Shown here piece after piece: positions 10,464-19,438 of a DNA stretch of 64,000 nucleotides (the stretch's first letter is position 1; the number at the start of each line of letters is the position of its first letter). The DNA lies in the NCBI GenBank assembly GCA_963702435.1, contig CAVPCR010000002.1, forward strand, positions 544,001 to 608,000, in the 5' to 3' direction. Under the pieces are notes generated by a model. That model saw only the letters and a list, made by a program, of their open reading frames with translations. It made no database searches and had not been told where the DNA came from. The stretch is from Candidatus Eiseniibacteriota bacterium (GTDB taxonomy: Bacteria > Eisenbacteria > RBG-16-71-46 > CAVPCR01). The position numbers were made by a program, and so were the translations under genes.

Positions 10464-10469
10464 ACGCGA

Positions 10470-10498
10470 AGGGGCGAGCCGCGGACCGGCTCGCCCCT
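10470..10498 (-). terminator. Hairpin downstream of the M14 peptidase genes
   Basis: AGGGGCGAGCCG-CGGAC-CGGCTCGCCCCT, a 12-bp stem with only a weak T-tract on the minus strand. Confidence 0.5.
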
Positions 10499-10525
10499 CC
10501 GCCTACCGTCCGGGAGTGATGCCGC

Positions 10526-12439
10526 TCATCGCATGATGAGAAGCCGCGTCTCCGCGTTCGCCGCGCCGGAGACGGCCCGCACGAGATACACGCCGCTCGG
10601 GAGCGCCTCACCGCGCGCGTCACGACCGTCGAAACCGATCCGCTGCTCGCCCGCGGTCAGGAATCCCGTCGCGAGCGTCCGCCGCACGCGCCCCGCCACG
10701 TCGATCACCGCGAGTTCGACCGGGCCGGCTGCGGGGAGCGTGAGCCTGAACTCGGTCCCTGCCGCGAGCGGATTGGGGGTCGCGCGCACCGCGAGCGCGT
10801 CGAGGCCGGGCGCCCCCGTTTCCGCCACGCCCGCCGCCGCCCGCACGGTCACCTGGAAGGGATGCACGGCGCGCACCAGGCCGCCCTGCTTCAGGGTGAG
10901 CTCGAAGGCGATCACGTGATTGTTGGGCGCGCTCGGGAGCACGAAGAACTCGAGCGGATCGCCGGCGTTCGAGCCGCCTTCGAGCGACGGCACCGCCGGG
11001 AACGGCTCTTCCGGCACCGCGATCGTGACGTAGGGATCGTTCGATGCGAGCGCCACGGTCAGGTCGGTCGCCGTGGCGCCGAGCCCGTAGTTCGCGACCT
11101 CGACGACGACCGGCGAGGTCGCTCCGGCCGGCGCCTCCGGGCCGGCAAGCACGGAGGTGAGGACGGCGCGCGCCCCCGCGATCCACGCCCAGTAGAGGTT
11201 CGGCCCCCGGTTGAGCTCCGCCAGCGGGAAGATCCGGGTCGGCGGCGGCCAGAACCCGTCGCCCTGCGTGCCGACCTCGGGCGTGAAGGCGAAGACCTTG
11301 TTCTTCTCCACCTGCTCGCCGTAGCTCCAGTCAACGGCGTCGCCGTTGGTCGCGTACTGCACCGTCTGCCAGCAAGTACCGACGAGGAAACCGTTCATGG
11401 CCGAGATCTCGGACCCGTAGAACTGAAAGAGCGTGAAGTCCGGCTCGGGCGGGTAGGTGTTGTTCGCATACCCGAAGGGATGGATCTCGTAGTTCCCGTA
11501 CGTGTGATAGTGGAAGGCGGTCGTGATCGTCCGCCCCTGATGGAAGGCGCGGATCGCGGAGGTCTCCGGCTCGGAGAACGGCGCCGGCCCGCGGTAGAGG
11601 TCGGAGCTCGGCGTCGGGCTCGAACCCTGGTTGTCATGGCCCCAGCGGAAGCTGTAGTTCCGGTTGAGATCCACGCCGTACACCCCGCCGCCGTTCACCC
11701 GGCGGTTCTTCCGCCACATGCCGCCGCCTGCAGGATCGGTCGCGCGGTTCCGTTCGTAGCCGTCGGGGTTCACCGTCGGGACGAAGTACATCTCCCGCTC
11801 GTTCACGAGATAGGTCACCTCTGGATCGGTCCCGTAGTTCTCGAGGAGATAGAACATGTAGTAGACGAGGACCATCATCCCCTCCGGCTCCCGCGCATGC
11901 GTGAGCGCCGTGTAGAGGATGGCCGGCTCGCCCTCGTTCTGGTCCGGCTGGTCGGAGATCTTGACCATCCAGACGTCGCGCCCCTCGTGCGACAGGCCGA
12001 GACTCTGCTTGGCCGTGATGAGCGTCGGGTAGTCGGTCCGCATCTCGTCGAGCTTGGCCACCACCTCGCTCCAGATGTAGTACCCACCCATCGAGCCGAA
12101 CCCGAATCCCGGCGTGTCGCCCGGATCGGCGTCGCCCCACAGCGCGCGCTCGGCCGCGAGCCGCGCCGCGTAGAAGCTCTCGAGGTCGGCGATCTCGACC
12201 TCGTAGCGGATCCCGGCCCGCTCGAGCGCCGCGATGTCCCAATCGCTCGCCGCGAGCACGACCTGGTCGCCCTCGCGCGTCACGTGGTCGAGCGCGAGAC
12301 CGAGGGAGGCGAGACCCGGTGCATCCGCCGGCACGCGCACGAGCTGGGTGGCCGCGTGGGCGGCTCCGGACGAGAGAGCGAGGCCGGCGAGAACGCCGAG
12401 CACGAGGCCAGGGACGAAGAGGCGAGCTGCCCTCATCAC
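10526..12439 (-). CDS. Secreted M14 zinc carboxypeptidase (carboxypeptidase T-like) with C-terminal FlgD-Ig-like domain
   Basis: Signal peptide. THAREP (HxxE), NPDGY, WRKNRR, GVDLNRNY, FSEPET, FHYHTYG, TPEVG. C-terminal FDGRDARGEALPSGVYLVR. Confidence 0.9.
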   Translation of the reverse strand: MMRAARLFVPGLVLGVLAGLALSSGAAHAATQLVRVPADAPGLASLGLALDHVTREGDQVVLAASDWDIAALERAGIRYEVEIADLESFYAARLAAERALWGDADPGDTPGFGFGSMGGYYIWSEVVAKLDEMRTDYPTLITAKQSLGLSHEGRDVWMVKISDQPDQNEGEPAILYTALTHAREPEGMMVLVYYMFYLLENYGTDPEVTYLVNEREMYFVPTVNPDGYERNRATDPAGGGMWRKNRRVNGGGVYGVDLNRNYSFRWGHDNQGSSPTPSSDLYRGPAPFSEPETSAIRAFHQGRTITTAFHYHTYGNYEIHPFGYANNTYPPEPDFTLFQFYGSEISAMNGFLVGTCWQTVQYATNGDAVDWSYGEQVEKNKVFAFTPEVGTQGDGFWPPPTRIFPLAELNRGPNLYWAWIAGARAVLTSVLAGPEAPAGATSPVVVEVANYGLGATATDLTVALASNDPYVTIAVPEEPFPAVPSLEGGSNAGDPLEFFVLPSAPNNHVIAFELTLKQGGLVRAVHPFQVTVRAAAGVAETGAPGLDALAVRATPNPLAAGTEFRLTLPAAGPVELAVIDVAGRVRRTLATGFLTAGEQRIGFDGRDARGEALPSGVYLVRAVSGAANAETRLLIMR

Positions 12440-12509
12440 TTGTTCTCCTTGCGAAGACTCGAGTACAACGAGGCTGGCCGGGGGGCAAAAGGAGGGGGGA
12501 CTTCGACAT

Positions 12510-12539
12510 AGTGTAGCGCGGGCGATGCCGCGCCGTCAA
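12510..12539 (-). promoter_or_regulatory. Sigma70-type promoter of the first M14 gene
   Basis: Minus strand TTGACG-N18-TACACT. Confidence 0.5.
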
Positions 12540-12579
12540 ATCGCCGTGCCCGGCGCGCGACGCGAGATGCGCGGCGACG

Positions 12580-14484
12580 CTACCGGAGAATGACGAGCCG
12601 CGCCGCGGCCGCCGCCGAGCCCGCCCGCACCCGGAGGACGTAGACCCCGCTCGGGAGCGGTGCGCCCGCTTCGTCCCGGGCATCGAAACCGACACGGTGC
12701 TCGCCGGATGCGACCGCGCCCCGGACGAGCGTCCGCCGCACGCGCCCCGCCACGTCGAGCACGCTCACCTCCACCTCCCCCGCGTGCGGCATGGTGAAGC
12801 CGACCTCGCCGCCGGCGACGATCGGATTCGGGGTCGCGCGCACCGCGAGCGCGCGGACCGCCGGAGCGCCGGTGCCGGCGACGCCGGAGGCGGACTGAGT
12901 GACCACGAGCACGTTCGCGGTCCCACGCACCACGCCACCCTGATCGAGGGTCACCGTGAGCGAGATCGGGTGATCCGGCGGCGCGCTCGCCGACACGAAG
13001 AACTCGAGCGGATCGGCCTCGTTCGTGCCGGTCGCGAGCGGCGGCACCGCCGGGAAGCTCTTCTCCGGCGCCGCGATCGTGACGTAGGGATCGCTCGACG
13101 TGAGGGCCACCGTCGCATCGGTGAGCACGGCGCCGAGCCCGCGGTTCTCGACCGTGACGACCACGGGCGAGGTCGCCCCCACCGGCACCTCGGGCCCGGC
13201 GGCGGCGGCCACGAGCTCCGCGCGCGCTCCCGCCATCCACGTCCAGTAGAGGTTCGGGCGCCGGTTCAGCTCGACGAGCGGGAGGATGCGAGAGGAGGGC
13301 GGCCAGAACCCGTCGCTCGACGTCCCCACCTCCGGCAGGAACGCGAAGACCTTGTTCTTCTCGGTCTGCTCGCCGTAGCTCCAGTCGAGGGATTCGCCAT
13401 TCGCCAGGTAGCCGAGCATCTGCGCGAAGTTGCCGACCTGGAAGCCGTTCAGCGCGGCGATGTCGGCGCCGAAGCGCAGGTAGCGGCCGTAGTCCGGCTG
13501 CGGCGGAAACGCGTCGGCCCGGTAGGCGAAGGGCAGGATCTCCTTGTTGCCGTAGCCGTGATAGTGGAAGGCGGTGGTTATCGTCCGCCCCAGATGGAAG
13601 GCGCGGACGGCGGCGATCTCCGGCTCCGAGAACGCGGCCGGGCCGCGATAGGTGTCGGAGCTCGGCGTCGGGCTCGAGCCAGAGTTGTCATAGCCCCAGA
13701 GGTAGCCGTAGTTCCGGTTGAGATCGACGCCGTAGGCGCCGCCCCCGCTCACCCGCCGGTTCTTCCGCCACATCCCGCCGCCCGCCGGATTGGTCGACTG
13801 GTTGTAGACGTAGCCGTCGGGGTTCACGACCGGCACGAAGTACATCTCCCGCTCGTTCACGAGATGGGTCGCCTCGGCGTCGGTCCCGTAGTTCTCGAGC
13901 AGGTAGAACATGTAATAGAGGACGGTCTCCATGCCGATCGGCTCGCGCGCGTGGGTGAGCCCCGTGTAGAGGATGGCCGGCTCGCCCTCGTTCTGATCCG
14001 GGTGATCGGAGATCTTCGCCATCCAGATGTCGCGACCCTCGTGCGAGACTCCGAGGCTCGCCTTCGCCGTGATGAGCAGAGGATAGTCAGCCCGCATCTC
14101 GTCGAGCTTGGCCACCATCTCGCTCCAGGTGTAGTACCCGCCCATCGACCCGAGACCGAACCCCGGCGTGTCCCCCGGATCCACGTCTCCCCACAGCGCG
14201 CGCTCGGCGGCGAGCCGCGCCGCGTAGAAGCCCTCGAGATCCGCGATCTCGACCGCGTAGCGGATCCCGGCCCGCTCGAGCGCGGCCACATCCCACTCGG
14301 TCGCGGCGAACGCCACCTGATCTCCCTCGTGCGTCACGTGGTCGAGTGCGAGTCCGAGGGTCGTGAGTCCCGGCGCATCGGCCGGCACTCGCACGAGCCG
14401 GGTCACGGCGAGGGCCGGCGCGGCGGCGGCGCCGAGGACGAGAAGGGCGAGTGCCGCGGCGAGGAGACGAGACGAAGGCTGCAT
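12580..14484 (-). CDS. Secreted M14 zinc carboxypeptidase paralogue with C-terminal FlgD-Ig-like domain
   Basis: GGAGG before ATG 14484. THAREP, FHYHGYG, LPEVG. Colinear with and highly similar to 10526-12439. Confidence 0.9.
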   Translation of the reverse strand: MQPSSRLLAAALALLVLGAAAAPALAVTRLVRVPADAPGLTTLGLALDHVTHEGDQVAFAATEWDVAALERAGIRYAVEIADLEGFYAARLAAERALWGDVDPGDTPGFGLGSMGGYYTWSEMVAKLDEMRADYPLLITAKASLGVSHEGRDIWMAKISDHPDQNEGEPAILYTGLTHAREPIGMETVLYYMFYLLENYGTDAEATHLVNEREMYFVPVVNPDGYVYNQSTNPAGGGMWRKNRRVSGGGAYGVDLNRNYGYLWGYDNSGSSPTPSSDTYRGPAAFSEPEIAAVRAFHLGRTITTAFHYHGYGNKEILPFAYRADAFPPQPDYGRYLRFGADIAALNGFQVGNFAQMLGYLANGESLDWSYGEQTEKNKVFAFLPEVGTSSDGFWPPSSRILPLVELNRRPNLYWTWMAGARAELVAAAAGPEVPVGATSPVVVTVENRGLGAVLTDATVALTSSDPYVTIAAPEKSFPAVPPLATGTNEADPLEFFVSASAPPDHPISLTVTLDQGGVVRGTANVLVVTQSASGVAGTGAPAVRALAVRATPNPIVAGGEVGFTMPHAGEVEVSVLDVAGRVRRTLVRGAVASGEHRVGFDARDEAGAPLPSGVYVLRVRAGSAAAAARLVILR

Positions 14485-14674
14485 GGAACCCTCCATCCAC
14501 AGGCGGGCGTGGGGCGCGGGCCCGGTCGTCACAAGTGACGCCAGGATCGCCAATTAGTTTGACGGACCGGGGGGGCGGCCGTCAATCGGGCCGGCCGCTC
14601 CCCGGCCGGCCCGAGGCAGGAGGGTGGCGGGGACCACCGCTGCGCGCCGCCACTGCGCTCGAGGCCGCGCTCCG

Positions 14675-14703
14675 TTGACCCGGTGCCGGGGCGCGGGCAT
14701 GAT
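14675..14703 (+). promoter_or_regulatory. Sigma70-type promoter of the FHA/SpoIIE gene
   Basis: TTGACC-N17-CATGAT. Confidence 0.45.
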
Positions 14704-14772
14704 CGTCGCCTTTGCCGGCGCGGCTTCCGCCCCGGCTGGACGCCACCCCCGACGCCAAGAAGCCAAGACCCC

Positions 14773-16437
14773 ATGATTGCTCTCAAGATCATCCCTCTCG
14801 ACGGTGCGCCGCGCGAGGAGCAGTTCCGCTCCGAGCACATCCGGATCGGGCGGAGCCCGGAGAACGACCTGACCATTCACGACCAGTCGGTGTCCCGCCT
14901 GCACGCCGGCATCGAGCACAAGGGCGGGAGCTTCATCATCTCCGACCTCGGCAGCCGCAACGGCGTCGTCGTGAACGGCGTGCGCATCCAGGGCCCGATG
15001 AGGATCGGGCCGGACGACGAGATCCGGCTCGGCGACGTCACGCTCCGCCTCGTCGCCCCGGGGCCCGATGTCACGCTCGCCGAGCCGTTCAGCGGCAAGG
15101 TGGACACGACCGTGCTCGCCCACGAGGCGGCAGGCAAGCTGAGCACCACGTCGTTCATCCCCCTCGATCAGATCACCGGCGAGGCCGAGCACCCGGCCGC
15201 CGCCTCGCTCATCCAGTTCCTGCAGGAGATCACGGAGGCCGTGCTCGCCGCGCGCCCGCTCGAGGAGGTGCTCGAGGAAATCGTGCGCCAGCTCCTCAAG
15301 GTACTGCCCGAGGCGGATCGCGCCTGCCTCCTCCTCCTCGAGGGCGACCCGCCGGAGCTCAAGCCGCGCGTCGCCCGCCAGCGCTCGGGGCGCGAGGCGC
15401 GGATGACCGTGAGCAAGACCATCGTCCGCCGCGTGGTCACCACCCTCGACTCGGTGCTCTCGGCCAACGCCCAGGAGGACGGCCGCTTCGTCGGCACCGA
15501 GAGCCTGGTCATCCAGGGCACGTTCTCGGTGATGTGCGCGCCGCTGGTCCTCGAGGGCAAGGCGATCGGCGCCCTCTACGTGGACACGCTGTCGCCGTTC
15601 AAGCACTTCGACCGCGAGCAGCTCACCCTGTTCGCGACGCTCGGCAACATCGCCGCCGGACACATCCAGCGCCACCACCTGCAGCAGACCGTCATCGAGC
15701 AGATGGCGCTCAAGAAGCAGCTCGATGCGGCGGCCGGCATCCAGCGCCGCCTCCTCGCCGCGCCGCCGCCCGAGCGCCGCGGTTACTCCCTCTACGGCAC
15801 CAACCGGCAGTGCCTGGATGTCGGCGGTGACTACTTCGACTTCATCGACTGCGGGGAGGGCGGCATCGTGTTCGCGATCGGCGACGTGAGCGGCAAGGGC
15901 CTGCCTGCGGCGCTCCTCATGGTGCTCGTCCAGGCGACCCTGCGCGCCGAGGTGCGCGCCGGCCGGGACCCGCTCACGATCGGCCGGCTCGTGAACAACG
16001 TGATCCACAGCCAGACCGATCCCGAGCGGTTCGTGACCCTGTTCATCGGCCATCTCGACCCGGCGAGCGGGCGGCTCACCTACACGAGCGCCGGGCACGA
16101 CCCCGCGCTCATCCTGCGCCGCGGGAGCGATACCTGCGAGGAGCTTCCGTCCACCGGGTGTCCCGCCGGGATCATGCCCAACGCACCGCTCGAGTCGGCG
16201 ACCGTCGAGCTCGGCGCCGGCGACCTCTTCTTCGCCTACACGGACGGGATCCGCGAGGCGCAGGCTCCCGACGAGAGCGAGTTCGGGATCGAGCGGCTGG
16301 GAGCGACCTTGGCCGCCCATCGCCGGCTCGGGCCGGACGACCTCGCGCGCGAGATCGAGGCCGCCGTGCGCACCTTCCTCGCCGGGGGCGAGCCGCAGGA
16401 CGACATGACGCAGCTCATCGTGCGCCGCGAGGCGTGA
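14773..16437 (+). CDS. FHA-GAF-SpoIIE/RsbU (PP2C) protein phosphatase
   Basis: FHA motifs IGRSPEND...VSRLHA...DLGSRNG. GAF motif SVMCAPL. PP2C motifs VGGDYFD, GDVSGKG, SAGH, YTDGI, QDDMT. Confidence 0.92.
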   Translation: MIALKIIPLDGAPREEQFRSEHIRIGRSPENDLTIHDQSVSRLHAGIEHKGGSFIISDLGSRNGVVVNGVRIQGPMRIGPDDEIRLGDVTLRLVAPGPDVTLAEPFSGKVDTTVLAHEAAGKLSTTSFIPLDQITGEAEHPAAASLIQFLQEITEAVLAARPLEEVLEEIVRQLLKVLPEADRACLLLLEGDPPELKPRVARQRSGREARMTVSKTIVRRVVTTLDSVLSANAQEDGRFVGTESLVIQGTFSVMCAPLVLEGKAIGALYVDTLSPFKHFDREQLTLFATLGNIAAGHIQRHHLQQTVIEQMALKKQLDAAAGIQRRLLAAPPPERRGYSLYGTNRQCLDVGGDYFDFIDCGEGGIVFAIGDVSGKGLPAALLMVLVQATLRAEVRAGRDPLTIGRLVNNVIHSQTDPERFVTLFIGHLDPASGRLTYTSAGHDPALILRRGSDTCEELPSTGCPAGIMPNAPLESATVELGAGDLFFAYTDGIREAQAPDESEFGIERLGATLAAHRRLGPDDLAREIEAAVRTFLAGGEPQDDMTQLIVRREA

Positions 16438-16663
16438 GCGCCGGCGCCGACCGTGAAATCGGGCGACCCTGGATCGGCCACGGCTACGGCGGTCGACGGT
16501 CCTTGTGAAGCGGTCCACCGACTTCAGCGCGCCCTTCGGGCCGCGATTCAGCCTGTCGGCTCCGCAGGAAACGGATCGGCGCGGGCGCACGTGGGCTGTT
16601 GCTGTCAACGCGACCCGCAGTGACCACTGCAGTGCACAGTGTCCGGACGATGCGCGGTCCAGA

Positions 16664-16745
16664 TCACGCGGCTTCGCGGTGGATGCCATGCGCCGGGCCC
16701 GCGTGAACTTCCCGCGGCGTCCGCCCGCCCAGGGCCTGGCTCGGT
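16664..16745 (-). mobile_element. Possible remnant of a DDE (IS3/IS481-like) transposase C-terminus
   Basis: Translates as EPSQALGGRTPREVH...REAA*, resembling the RPHxALGxxTPxEV end of integrase-core transposases. Short fragment only. Confidence 0.35.
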
Positions 16746-16859
16746 TCCGCCGGGACGGGGCGCCGAGAATCCCTGGACCAACACAGAGAGGGGAGGCAGT
16801 CGCACGAGTGCGCCTTACTACGAGGTGCGAGCATAGTGCCGGCGTGCGCGGACTCACCG

Positions 16860-16925
16860 ATCTCGGCGTCGGTTACGTAGGCCACCACCCTGAGCGGCCC
16901 TCCGCAGCGTCGGCAGACGAGCGTT
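16860..16925 (-). mobile_element. Remnant of an IS91/ISCR-like (Y2) transposase C-terminal zinc-finger segment
   Basis: Translates as *TLVCRRCGGPLRVVAYVTDAEI, matching the CPxCGGxMRIIAFITD motif. Preceded by a stop, and the similarity breaks off afterwards. Confidence 0.5.
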
Positions 16926-17043
16926 CAGGACGTGGACGTCCGCGGCCGTCCCGGGCCTCCCCTGCTCTGCCACGACCAGGAGCTCGTGCTTCACGCCCAG
17001 CTTGTCGGCGAGACCCCGAGGTTTCGTCTACGCCATCGGCATC

Positions 17044-17071
17044 TTGACCGCGCCCTCCCGGCGGGTATCAT
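17044..17071 (+). promoter_or_regulatory. Sigma70-type promoter of the DUF485-actP operon
   Basis: TTGACC-N16-TATCAT, about 80 bp before the DUF485 start. Confidence 0.55.
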
Positions 17072-17153
17072 GCGCCGAGTCGACGCCTTCGTCCCGACGC
17101 CGCGAGCCCCGCGGCGTCGGGTGATCGCGGCCTGTCCCGAGACGGAGACCTCC

Positions 17154-17447
17154 ATGTTCCACGAGCCCGCGGGGCAGGCCGCCGCGGACCCCGCCTCCTC
17201 CTACAAGACCAGCCTCGGCAGCCGGATGTTCGTCCTCTACGCCCTCGTCTACGCCGGCTTCGTCGCGATCAACGTCGGCGCGCCGGTAGTGATGGAGCGG
17301 GAGGTCGCCTGGGGCCTGAACCTCGCCACCGCGTACGGCATGTTCCTCATCGTCTTCGCCCTCCTGCTCGCTCTTGTTTACAACGCTCGGTGCTCCCGCA
17401 AGGAGCGCGAGCTGGCCGGCGGCGCGCCGCGCGAGGGGAGGGGCTAG
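17154..17447 (+). CDS. DUF485 small membrane protein (ActP partner, YjcH-like)
   Basis: GGAG RBS, two TM helices (FVLYALVYAGFVAINV; GLNLATAYGMFLIVFALLLALVY), directly upstream of the SSS permease. Confidence 0.85.
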   Translation: MFHEPAGQAAADPASSYKTSLGSRMFVLYALVYAGFVAINVGAPVVMEREVAWGLNLATAYGMFLIVFALLLALVYNARCSRKERELAGGAPREGRG

Positions 17448-17449
17448 AC

Positions 17450-19345
17450 ATGGCTGTCGCGATCTTCCTCGCCTTCGTCGGGCTGGTGCTGGGCCTGTCC
17501 TTCTACTTCGGGGCGAAGACCCGCTCCGCCTCCGGCTACTACGCCGCGGGCGGGCAGATCCACTGGGGCGTCAACGGGATCGCCTTTGCCGGCGACTACC
17601 TCTCCGCCGCGTCCTTCCTCGGCATCTGCGGCATGATCGCCACCACGGGCTACGACGGGTTCCTCTACTCCATCGGGTTCCTCGCGGGGTGGATCGTCGC
17701 CCTCTTCGTGGTGGCCGAGCCCATGAAGCGCCTGGGCAAGTACACATTCACCGACGCGGTGGACGCCAAGTTCGACAGCCGGGCGATCAAGCTCATGGCG
17801 GCGATCAGCACCCTGATCGTGTCGCTGTGCTACCTGGTGCCGCAGATGGTGGGGGCCGGCGTCCTCGTCGAGCCGCTGCTCGGCCTCCCCCACGCCGCCG
17901 GCGTCGTCCTGGTCGGGGCGGTGGTCATCGTCATCGTGGCCACCGCCGGCATGACCTCCACGACCTACGTGCAGTTCTTGAAGGGCGGGATGCTCATCGT
18001 CTTCTCGCTGGTGTTGACCGTCGCCGTCCTCTGGCGCGGCCTGTCCACCGAGCCCGACCAGGGGGGGCGCGTGCCGTTCCGGCCCCTCGCCGCCCTCGCC
18101 GCCGAGCGGGTGGACGGCGGCCTCGCCCCCGTCGACGGGACCTTCACGGTCGAGGAGACGCTGACAGCCGGCGAGCGGACCTTCGTCAGGCTGAGCCGGG
18201 AGGGCGAGGTGTCGTGGTGGGTCGGCGCCAGCCGGGACGGCCGGCCCGTCCTCGAGGAGTGCCAGTGGGAGTCGCGGCGGCCCGGCGAGGTCGCCGTGGT
18301 CAACGGCGAGCGGGGCGGCCGACTCCGTCAGGTGGGCAACCTCGTCCGGATCGAGGGCCGCACCGGTCCCGAGGCCGCCACCGGCCCCCTGGGGCCGTTC
18401 CGCTTCCTTACAGCGATCGGCTCGCCCGACACGGACGTTCTCCAGTGGCGGAAGACCCGGGTCAAGGATGCCTCCGGGGCCGAGGTCACCCTCCACCACA
18501 CCACCACGACCCCCGGCAACAAGATCCTGCGCCCGGGCACGAAGTTCAAACTCGAGGGCACCTTGCTCGAGCGGGTCGACTTCGTGAGCCTCATGCTGGC
18601 GCTGTTCCTCGGCACCGCGGCGCTGCCCCACATTCTCATCCGCTACTACACGGTCCCGAGCCCCGCCGCCGCCCGCAAGTCGACGATCGTGGCGATCGCC
18701 GGCATCGGCTTCTTCTACATCCTGACCCTCTACATGGGCCTCGGCGCGATGGTCAGCGGCGTCATCAACCCCCTCGACAACAACATGTCGGCTCCGCTGC
18801 TCGCCCGTTCCTTCGGCACCTTACTCTTCGCGGTCATCTCGGCCATCGCCTTCGCCACGGTCCTCGGCACGGTCGCGGGGCTGATCGTGGCCGCCTCCGG
18901 CGCGGTGGCCCACGACCTCATGGACCGCTTCGGCCGCATCGCGATGGACGAGAAGCAGAAGGTGCGGGCCGGCCGCGTGGCAGCCTTCGCCGTCGGGATC
19001 ATCGCCATCGTGCTCGGGATCCTCTTCAAGGGGCAGAACGTCAGCTTCCTCGTCGGCCTGGCCTTCGCGGTGGCGGCCAGCGCCAACCTGCCCGCCGTGG
19101 TGATGCTCTTGTTCTGGAAGCGCACGACGTCCCGTGGCATCGCGGCCTCGATCGGGGTCGGAGTCGTGAGTTCGCTCGCCCTGATCGCGTTCTCGCCGAG
19201 CCTGTACGGGCAGTACGGTCTCGATCCCAAGGCGGCACCGGTCCCGTTCGACAACCCCGGGATCATCTCCATCCCGCTGAGCTTCCTGGCCCTGGTGGTC
19301 GTCTCGCTCGCCACCCGGCCCCGGAAGGCCACCGTGCCGGCCTGA
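17450..19345 (+). CDS. actP: Sodium:solute symporter, cation/acetate symporter family, with a large soluble insertion
   Basis: YYAAGGQI.WGVNGIAFAGDYLSAASFLGI, YDGFLYSIGFL, YLVPQMVGAG, GTAALPHILIRYYTVP, SAIAFATVLGTVAGL, AFAVAASANLP. Confidence 0.88.
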   Translation: MAVAIFLAFVGLVLGLSFYFGAKTRSASGYYAAGGQIHWGVNGIAFAGDYLSAASFLGICGMIATTGYDGFLYSIGFLAGWIVALFVVAEPMKRLGKYTFTDAVDAKFDSRAIKLMAAISTLIVSLCYLVPQMVGAGVLVEPLLGLPHAAGVVLVGAVVIVIVATAGMTSTTYVQFLKGGMLIVFSLVLTVAVLWRGLSTEPDQGGRVPFRPLAALAAERVDGGLAPVDGTFTVEETLTAGERTFVRLSREGEVSWWVGASRDGRPVLEECQWESRRPGEVAVVNGERGGRLRQVGNLVRIEGRTGPEAATGPLGPFRFLTAIGSPDTDVLQWRKTRVKDASGAEVTLHHTTTTPGNKILRPGTKFKLEGTLLERVDFVSLMLALFLGTAALPHILIRYYTVPSPAAARKSTIVAIAGIGFFYILTLYMGLGAMVSGVINPLDNNMSAPLLARSFGTLLFAVISAIAFATVLGTVAGLIVAASGAVAHDLMDRFGRIAMDEKQKVRAGRVAAFAVGIIAIVLGILFKGQNVSFLVGLAFAVAASANLPAVVMLLFWKRTTSRGIAASIGVGVVSSLALIAFSPSLYGQYGLDPKAAPVPFDNPGIISIPLSFLALVVVSLATRPRKATVPA

Positions 19346-19361
19346 GCACGACCCGGCGGTG

Positions 19362-19406
19362 GCGACCGGGAGAGCGACCGGGAGAGCGGCGGGGTGCGAC
19401 CGGGAG
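19362..19406 (+). repeat. Three copies of GCGACCGGGAGA in the actP-to-sensor intergenic spacer
   Basis: Directly visible. Confidence 0.6.
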
Positions 19407-19438
19407 AACGGCGGGGGACGCGGCAGGGAGGGGAGAGC

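Noticed and set aside
16960..17043. Minus-strand peptide MPMA*TKPRGLADKLGVKHELLVV as a DUF3052-like gene or amber-readthrough ORF
   Set aside because: The match is only a few residues, is interrupted by a stop and does not continue. There is no evidence for recoding.
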